NCBI GenBank assembly: GCA_965198225.1
Contig: CBDAOY010000006.1
Span: 736,001-800,000 of the forward strand
DNA from: Terriglobia bacterium
Lineage (GTDB): Bacteria > Acidobacteriota > Terriglobia > 20CM-2-55-15
Direction: 5' to 3'
Length of the DNA: 64,000 nt
The notes under the pieces were generated by a model. That model had not been told where the DNA came from, made no database searches, and worked only from the letters and a program-made list of their open reading frames with translations. The position numbers and the translations under genes are program-made. Every line of letters starts with the position of its first letter. Positions within the stretch are counted from its first letter, which is position 1. Positions 56,179 to 64,000 of the stretch are shown here, in pieces.

Positions 56179-58166
56179 TCCTTCCCACCCAGGACTACCG
56201 GAGAACGGCCGCCGTCGAGCCTCCGAAACTGCATCGCGGTTGGGATGGAGCCGCACACGGGCTCGTGGGGTACTGGAGGCGGCACTCTCGCGTTTCCGGT
56301 CGTCTCAACGCGCAGTCCAAACGAATCTACGAGGAGGCTGCCGGGCTCGGGCGGCTTTCGGACCGGTTGCTCCGAGATCGCCTGTCGGAGATGAGGAAAC
56401 TGTTCAGGCGCCGGGATGCCCGGAGCGAGGAAGTGCTTCCAACGGCGCTGGCCTGTATGGTCGAGGCGGCTGAAAGGACGTTGGGACTGCGTCCGTACCC
56501 GGTCCAGATCGTCGGTGCTCTCGCGCTGGATCAGGGGTTTCTGACAGAAATGGCAACGGGCGAGGGGAAGACCCTGACCGCTTGCCTCCCCATGACCCTG
56601 GCCGGATGGACTGGCCTGCCTGCGCATCTGGTGACCGTGAACGACTATCTGAGCGATCGCGACGCCGCCGAGATGCGGCCGTTCTACTCCTTCTGCGGAG
56701 TGTCGGTCGGGTGTGTCACCAGCGAGATGAGTCCTCAGGAACGCTATCTCAACTACCAGAAGGGGGTCGTCTACATCACCAGCAAGGAGCTGGTTGCGGA
56801 CTTTCTCCGCGACCGATTGCGTCTGGGAAAGCTGCACCAACCGACGCGCCGCCTCATCCGCAAGATGCTTCAGGGACGACCGTTCGGGCCCGACGATATC
56901 GTGATGCGCGGTCTCGACACCGCGATCGTAGACGAGGCCGACAGCGTCCTGATCGATGAAGCCGTCACGCCCCTGATCATCGCGCGCGCGCGCGAGAACG
57001 AGACGCTCAGGGAAGCGTGCCGTGTGGCGAGCGAAATTGCGGACTCACTGACAGCGGGTACGGACTACCGGGTTGATCTGAAGTATCGGGAAATCCGTCT
57101 GACGGATGCCGCGGAGCGGAAAATCGATGCGCTTTCCGAAAAACTGCCTGGGGTCTGGCAGGGAGCGCTCCGCAGGGAAGAGCTGGTGCAGCAGGCCATC
57201 ACGGCGCGGGAGTTCTACCACCGCGACAAGCAGTATGTCGTCGCGGATGATCACGTCACAATCGTCGATGAATTCACCGGCCGCCTGATGCCCAACCGAA
57301 CCTGGAGGTCCGGGCTGCACCAGGCCGTTGAAGCCAAGGAGGGGCTGGACGCGACCTCTCCCACCGAAACGCTGGCCCGCTTGAGCTTCCAGCGTTTCTT
57401 CCGTCTATTCAGGCGCCTGGGCGGAATGACGGGTACGGCCAGCGAAGCAGCGACCGAATTCTGGCACATCTACGGGTTGCCGATGCTTTCGGTTCCGACC
57501 CACAAGCCTTGTGTTAGACAGACGTATCCAGACCGGGTGTTTGCCGGCGGTACGGACAAGTTCCAGGCCATCGTCGAAGAGATCGTTCAATGGCACGCAA
57601 TCGGACGTCCCGTCCTTGTCGGAACCCGGAGCGTACAGGCGAGCGAGACGCTCGCTTCGATGCTCGGAGCGCGAGGCCTGAGCTTTAACCTTCTGAATGC
57701 CACGCGACACAGCGAGGAGGCGCGCATCGTAGCGGCCGCCGGCCAGCTCGGCAGGATTACGATCGCGACCAATATGGCGGGACGGGGGACCGACATCAAG
57801 CTGGGGCGCGGTGTCGCGGATCTGGGGGGACTGCATGTCATCGCCTCCGAGCGTCACGAATCCCGTCGCATCGACCGGCAGCTCTTCGGCAGGAGCGCGC
57901 GGCAGGGAGACCCGGGAAGCGCCCGGGCCTACGTGAGTGTCGACGACGAGTTGATCCAGCGATTCGTTCCGGCATGGCTCCGGCTCCGGCTCAAGCAAGC
58001 CGTCGACGCCGATCTGCCGGTCGCTCCCCGCCTTGCGAAACAGACGCTTTCGCATGCCCAGAGAGGGGCCGAGAAGCTTGCTTTTCGGCAGCGCAAGAGT
58101 GTGCTTCAGACCGACGACCAGCTCGAGCAGAGCCTTGGTTTTTCCGGCTCGGCCGGAGGGTTCTGA
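56130..58166 (+). CDS. secA: Accessory, C-terminally truncated SecA (DEAD motor only)
   Basis: EMATGEGKT, VDEADSVLIDEA, IVDEFTGR, GLHQAVEAKE, GMTGTA, IATNMAGRGTDI, ERHESRRIDRQLFGRSARQGDPG. Ends about 80 aa after motif VI. Start uncertain (GTG 56130 or CTG 56175). Confidence 0.88.
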   Translation: MDPKVPPPVAEEVPDLILPTQDYRRTAAVEPPKLHRGWDGAAHGLVGYWRRHSRVSGRLNAQSKRIYEEAAGLGRLSDRLLRDRLSEMRKLFRRRDARSEEVLPTALACMVEAAERTLGLRPYPVQIVGALALDQGFLTEMATGEGKTLTACLPMTLAGWTGLPAHLVTVNDYLSDRDAAEMRPFYSFCGVSVGCVTSEMSPQERYLNYQKGVVYITSKELVADFLRDRLRLGKLHQPTRRLIRKMLQGRPFGPDDIVMRGLDTAIVDEADSVLIDEAVTPLIIARARENETLREACRVASEIADSLTAGTDYRVDLKYREIRLTDAAERKIDALSEKLPGVWQGALRREELVQQAITAREFYHRDKQYVVADDHVTIVDEFTGRLMPNRTWRSGLHQAVEAKEGLDATSPTETLARLSFQRFFRLFRRLGGMTGTASEAATEFWHIYGLPMLSVPTHKPCVRQTYPDRVFAGGTDKFQAIVEEIVQWHAIGRPVLVGTRSVQASETLASMLGARGLSFNLLNATRHSEEARIVAAAGQLGRITIATNMAGRGTDIKLGRGVADLGGLHVIASERHESRRIDRQLFGRSARQGDPGSARAYVSVDDELIQRFVPAWLRLRLKQAVDADLPVAPRLAKQTLSHAQRGAEKLAFRQRKSVLQTDDQLEQSLGFSGSAGGF

Positions 58167-58172
58167 AAACCC

Positions 58173-58355
58173 TGAAGGTCCGGTCTACGACCGCACACTG
58201 TTCTGGTCAAGGATGGCGTGGGGGGACCGGACCAACTGTCTTTCTCCGCGAACCCACGCACTGCAATTCGGTCCGTGAACGTTCAGTCTTTCGTCGTGAG
58301 GGGGACGGTGGGCCCGACGCTAATAGATGGTTCCGCTCATAGAGCGCAACTACAC
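58173..58355. repeat. Degenerate REP arms
   Basis: GGTCCGGTCTACGACCGCAC ... GTTCCGCTCATAGAGCGCAACTACAC. Confidence 0.6.
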
Positions 58356-58434
58356 CCGATCCTGGAGCTTCGCTTGCCTCCGGCACCGAGACCTCTTCGC
58401 GGACTCGACGCAGCGTCTCCAACTGCAGCCGAGT

Positions 58435-58911
58435 TCAGGCTCCCGGTTGGCCTCCCGGAGCGCTGCCGGTTTGGGGGCTGACGTGGGGCAGATAGTTGAC
58501 GCGAAGAGGAAGCCTCGTCAGCAGCTCCACCTTTCCCCGGTCGTCGAGTAATATTTCAAACCAGTACACCCCGGCCATTTCGATCCTCATCTTCAGGTGG
58601 GCCACGAGGTCGCCACTCCTGTCGTCTTCTCCTTCGAAGTTCACCGCCTGACGCACCATCTCCTTCGACTCTCCGGACGGCGCTACAAGCCGGACGAGGA
58701 CCGAGTACAGCCCCCGCGTTGCGCCCGAGGTGAACTTGATCAGCAGGGCAAGCTGGTAGTCAAAAGGCGGCAGTGTCGCGGGGGCATCGGGTCCCACGCG
58801 CACATGGGTGATCCGGTCGATAATACGGACGGGCGTCTTGATGCCGTCCTTTTCCTCCAGAAGCTTCTCGCACAGCAGCGCTGTGATATACGGGCCCTGA
58901 CTATCGTTCAT
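58435..58911 (-). CDS. Hypothetical beta-rich protein (DUF6941-like)
   Basis: ALLCEKLLEEKDG..IIDRIT..GVYWFEILLD..LPLRV. Confidence 0.65.
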   Translation of the reverse strand: MNDSQGPYITALLCEKLLEEKDGIKTPVRIIDRITHVRVGPDAPATLPPFDYQLALLIKFTSGATRGLYSVLVRLVAPSGESKEMVRQAVNFEGEDDRSGDLVAHLKMRIEMAGVYWFEILLDDRGKVELLTRLPLRVNYLPHVSPQTGSAPGGQPGA

Positions 58912-59281
58912 TGATCTTTTTGCTCCGCAGCGAATTTTCGAACGTCCCTCGACGTTGAGCGATCGCCCGCCCCTCCGGAGTTTCGAGTTTTCCGGTCGGA
59001 GAGGCCGGCGACGGGCTCAACCGGACTGAACTCGGCCCCTAAGAGCAACTCGTGAGTGCCTGGCGAAGAGGGTTACTCCGGTGGCCATCTTGTCGTACGA
59101 TGAATTACACAGACGAGACACTGTAACATATTGAATGTAAATGGCTTTATGTTCCTCCGACTCTCCCCAGAAGGCCATCAGTGCCGCACGCTGATTTCCT
59201 AGGAATCCCAAGATAAACCTTGACAGGTCTCTCTTCACAGTACTAAGAGACGCATTCGTACTTGCCACCAAGTAGGACAAA

Positions 59282-62200
59282 TTGAGCCGAAAGCGAACTC
59301 ATAAGAGATACGAGCTCGAGAACCTCGAGCCGCGCATCCTTCTTTCCGGCGACCCGCTGGTCGGCGCCGTTGCAGCCCTTGCGCCCGGCGATCCGGACTC
59401 CGAAGAGTCCGCGCTCGCTTCGACCGAAGAGGTCCTCGGCTCGGAAGAGAGTAACGTCTACGATCCTCCCTCGGCCGACTCTGAATCCTACGATCCTTCC
59501 GAGCCTCTTGACGACATTTTTTCCGGTTTGACCGGTGACGATGTCTCGAGCGACGAGGCGGAGGAGCCGGCCGGAGGCGACGAAACCTACGACACAGATC
59601 GCCCGATCGGGAACAGCGAGGAAGCGCAGATTCTGCTTGGCCTGACGGAGTTGGTCCGGCTCGGCGAGCGCGTGGAGCTGTCCGAGGCGTTGGCCGCGCC
59701 GTTGCTCGGCCTGGGTGATGCCTCGCTGGGAGAACTGGTCGGCCTGGTCGAGATTCTCGATTCGCGACTTGCGAAATCGGTATATGACTACTTCGGTGAT
59801 GCGGTCGATCCTCCGACCGGTGAGGGAATCTTACAGGCTCTCAGCCAGAGCCTCAACACCCTGGGTGATCTCGGAATAAAAGTGAGTTCGCTCGAGGGTG
59901 GTTTTGTGTCTGCGGCCGGCGAACTCCGCTTCGACGTCGCTTTCACCGCCAGCCGGGAAGGGCAACTGCTTCTCGGTGATGAAGAAACAGGTTCCGACCA
60001 GCCCCATCCTGCCGACTACGTTGCGACTCTGGAGTTGGATATCAGCTTCGGCGTCGATCTCGATCGCGCGGACGGCTTCTTCCTGGCCGTTCGGTCATTC
60101 ACTCTTGGATTGACGGTTTCGACGACCGACGGCGGTGGCTCAGAGCCGCTGGCAGGCCGGGTGGACGTCGGTGTCGAGGATGCAGACGGAGACGGGCGCG
60201 TCGGCCTGGGCGAACTCCAGGCGATCAACGCCGGGAGTCCGGGCCTGGAGATCCGAACGGCAGGTTCGCTGTTTGACACCGCTGCCGAAAATATTGCGCC
60301 ATCGGTCTTGGCGACTGCAATCGAGGGGGCTGAGGCCGAAACGAGCGGCCTGGTGCTGGATGGAGGTCTCAGCGGGAACTCGGCGGCCACCACCAATCTC
60401 GCCGAACTGGATCTCGGACCCGGCTCCACAACCGTGATCGAGATCGGAGGCACCACCGCCGGAACCCAATATGACCAGATCATCGTGGCCGGCAATGCCG
60501 ATCTGGGCGGCACGCTCGACATCGATCTGACCAGCGGCTTCAGTCCGGCCGTCGGCGACATCTTCGAGGTCATCACCTACGGGTCGGCCACCGGCTCGTT
60601 CGCGAGCTTTACCGACCTGAATCTCGGAGGGGGCCTGGAATTAGTCCCGATCCAGGGGCCGGGAAGCCTGCTCCTGATCGCGGTTCCCGACATCGCCGCA
60701 GCCGCCGGCCTCCTGGTGGCGATCCAGGCGGAGCTGGACAAGTACATCAACGGAACAAACACCGGCGATCTCACGATTTCCCCGGGCTCCGTCCAGCTTG
60801 ACGGCTTCCTGCAGCTGCTCGATCTGTCGCTGATCTTCACCGGCATCACGCACAACGGTACGAATATCACGGCCGGAAGCGTGACGGTCGAAGCCGGGTC
60901 GGCCCTGCTCTTCCCCGGCCAGCCCCTCTTCATCGGTGCCAGTGACGGTGGGGATGGAGATGCCCTGGCGCTCAGCGGCACCTACGACCCCGTTGCCGAG
61001 ACCTTCTCTCTCGTCGTCGATCAGCTCGACGTAATCGTCGCGGGCGTCTTCACCGCCCATGCCGACACGGTGACGGTGACCTACGATCCCAACGACGCGG
61101 ATCCCAGCCAGACCCTGGTCACGATCGGCAGCGCGGATGTCATATTCCAGGGTCTGGCCGACACGACGGCCACCGTCAGCAACCTGACGATTCGCAAGGA
61201 CGGCTTCTCGGCGGCCAACGCGACGGTAGCGGCACCGGATATCACCTGGATCGGTGTTTTCGAGCTGACCGGCCTCACGCTCACCTTCGCGAACCTGGAT
61301 TATTCAACGGCGACGCAGGCGCTGGCCGGAACGATAACGGTTTCAGCGACGACGGTGAGCCTCTTCGAAACCGTGGGTCCGTTCAGTTCCACCGTCACCG
61401 GCTTCACCGGAAGCTACGACCTTCAGACCAAGGCCCTGAGTCTCTCGGCGACCAGCGTCGACCTGGATTTCGGCGCCACGCTCCAGGTGAACCTCCAGTC
61501 GGTAGCCTTCGATATGGATCCGGGAGCGGAGACGTTCCGGGTCTCGACAGGCCTGTCCACCGCGACGGTTGCCGGCTTCGTGGGCATTAGCGGGAACTTC
61601 GGCCTGGCTTCGGAGAGCGGCGACATCCTCGTCGTGGCCGATACCGTGACGGCGACACTGGATGCCGGGGTGTTCGAGGTCGGCGTCACCGGCGGAACGC
61701 TGGCCTTGATCGTCAAGGCGGACGAAACGGTCGCATTGCAGGCAAGCGGCGGCCTGGTCTTTTCGGGTGGCAACTTTGCCAACGCCAGCGCCACCTCCGT
61801 GACAGTCAAGTTCAACAACACTGGAGCGAACGTCGATACGACCGTGACGGTGGGAGCGGTGAGCGCGCCTTTGCAGGTCACCGACGGGACGACCGCCGTG
61901 ACAGCGGTCGGGGTGTCGGTGGATCTGGCCGGTTTCGTCACCTTCGGTGGGGACTTCGGGTTCGAGAAATCGGGCACCACGATCATTGCGTCGGCCGATC
62001 AGGCGTTTGCGACGCTGGTAGCGGGCCCGTTCGCGGTCGGCGTGACGGGCGGCAGCCTGGCACTGATCCTGAATGACGACGGGACCCTGGCCCTGCAGGC
62101 GAGTGGCGGTCTGACCTTCTCGGGCGGGAACTTCGCCAACGCGAGTGCCACCTCGGTGACGGTCAAATACAACGACACGGGAGCGGACGTAAACACGACG

Positions 62201-64000
62201 GTGGCGGTGGGAGCGGTGAGCGCGCCTTTGCAGGTCACCGATGGCACGACGAGCGTGGAGGTGGTCGGCCTGCAGGTAGACCTGGCCGGTTTCGTCACCT
62301 TCGGTGGGGACTTCGGGTTCGAGAAGTCAGGAACCACGATCCGGGCGGCGGGTGCTCAGGTGTTCGCGAGGCTGGAAGCGGGCCCGTTTGCGGTCGGTGT
62401 GACGGGTGGGAGCCTGGCACTGATCCTGAATGACGACGGGACCCTGGCCCTGCAGGCGGGCGGCACCCTGGTATTCAGCGGCGGGAACTTCGCCAGTCCC
62501 AGCGCGACGTCGGTAACAGTCCGGTTCAACGACACGGGAACGAACGTCGACACGACGGTGGTGGTGGGAGCGGTGAGTGCGCCGCTGCAGGTCACCGACG
62601 GGACGACGAGCGTGGAAATCGTGGGCCTGCAGGTAGACCTGGCCGGTTTCGTCACCTTCGGTGGGGACTTCGGGTTCGAGAAGTCGGGCACCACGATAGT
62701 AGCGGCCGCCGATCAGGTGTCTGCGACGATGGTCGCGGGCCCGTTCTCGGTGGGTGTGACCGGCGGGACGCTGGCGCTGATCCTGAATGACGACGGAACG
62801 CTGGCCCTGCAGGCCGGCGGAAGCCTGACATTCACGGGCGGGAACTTCGCCAATGCGAGCGCGACGTCGGTGACGGTGAAGTTCAACGACACGGGAGCGA
62901 ACGTCGACACGACGGTGGTGGTGGGAGCGGTGAGTGCGCCGCTGCAGGTCACCGACGGGACGACGAGCGTGGAAATCGTGGGCCTGCAGGTAGACCTGGC
63001 CGGTTTCGTCACCTTCGGTGGGGACTTCGGGTTCGAGAAGTCGGGCACCACGATAGTAGCGGCCGCCGACCAGGTGTCCGCGACGCTGGCGGCGGGCCCG
63101 TTCGCGGTCGGCGTGACGGGCGGGACGCTGGCGCTGATCCTGAACGACGGAGGCACGCTGGCACTGCAAGCCAGTGGTGGTTTGGCCTTCTCGGGTGGCA
63201 ACTTCGCCAACGCCAGCGCAACGTCGGTAACGGTGAAGTTCAACGACACGGGAGCGAACGTCGACACGACGGTGACGGTGGGAGCGGTGAGTGCGCCGTT
63301 GCAGGTGACCAACGGCACGACGACCGTGACAGCGGTCGGGGTGTCGGTGGATCTGGCCGGTTTCGTCACCTTCGGTGGGGACTTCGGGTTCGAGAAGTCG
63401 GGCAGCACGATCACTGCGGCGGCCGATCAGGTGTTTGCGACGCTGGGAGCGGGTCCGTTTGCGGTCGGTGTGACGGGCGGGACGCTGACGACGGAACGCT
63501 GGCACTGCAGGCCGGCGGAAGCCTGACATTCACGGGCGGGAACTTTGCCAACGCGAGCGCGACATCGGTGACGGTGAAGTTCAACGACACGGGAGCGAAC
63601 GTCGACACGAGTGTGACGGTGGGAGCGGTGACGGCGCCGTTGCAGGTGACGGACGGGACGACGAGCGTGGAGGTGATCGGCCTGCAGGTGGATCTGGCGG
63701 GTTTTGTCACCTTCGGCGGGGATTTCGGGTTCGAGAAGTCGGGCACGACGATCCGGGCGGCGGCCGATCAAGTGTTTGCGACGCTGGGAGCGGGCCCGTT
63801 TGCGGTGGGAGTGACGGGCGGGGCCCTGGCGCTGATCCTGAATGACGACGGAACGCTGGCACTGCAGGCCGGCGGAAGCCTGACGTTCACGGGCGGGAGC
63901 TTCGCTAACGCGAGCGCGACGTCGGTGACGGTGCGGTTCAACGACACGGGAGCGAACGTCGACACGACGGTGGCGGTAGGAGCGGTAAGTGCGCCGCTGC
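59282..64000 (+). CDS. Giant LEPR-xLL leader extracellular repeat protein; 16-nt deletion frameshift at ~63487; runs off the window
   Basis: MSRKRTHKRYELENLEPRILLSGD leader; DADGDGRVGLGEL EF-hand-like motif; passenger-like GTQYDQI..GGTLDI. The shifted frame from 63487 stays open to 64000. Confidence 0.85.
61571..64000 (+). repeat. 357-bp (119-aa) tandem repeat, at least 6.8 units
   Basis: AGFV anchors at 61571, 61928, 62285, 62642, 62999, 63356 and 63697. The last interval is 341 bp. Confidence 0.95.

Noticed and set aside
56130-58166. Housekeeping secA or a secA pseudogene
   Set aside because: The motor motifs are intact but the C-terminal domains are absent, and it sits in a TolC/MFP cluster. 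This fits an accessory paralog.

Overview
GC-rich bacterial chromosomal DNA, probably Acidobacteriota. This is an inference from the PadR plus ADOP-type ABC permease pair, the TPR/carboxypeptidase-regulatory and DUF1570-like proteins, and the RRM genes. Much of the window is ordinary: alanine racemase, an osmoprotectant ABC transporter, Nramp, MBL hydrolases, MscS, HtrA and an M16 peptidase pair. Two accessory systems stand out. (1) 22.5-31.7 kb: a tandemly duplicated cassette of a secreted subtilase (S8) carrying a C-terminal array of Trp-rich TIxW repeats, followed by a stand-alone HD-GYP phosphodiesterase. Beside it lie a propeptide-only gene with a third HD-GYP and a divergent membrane HD-GYP/GAF/GGDEF protein. 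Four near-consensus sigma-28 promoter motifs precede these genes. It is a candidate protease-released peptide signal coupled to c-di-GMP. (2) 46.9-64 kb: a TonB receptor, TolC, two MFPs, a PqqD-like/M50/MFP fusion and a truncated accessory SecA with no ABC ATPase, next to a giant LEPR-xLL-leader repeat protein. Also seen are a conserved ~150-nt 5' leader shared by two RRM paralogs, a GTAG-type REP/REPIN family, and several small indels or duplications that may be real lesions or assembly errors. No tRNA, rRNA, CRISPR array or transposase was recognised. All calls come from manual reading; no searches were run.
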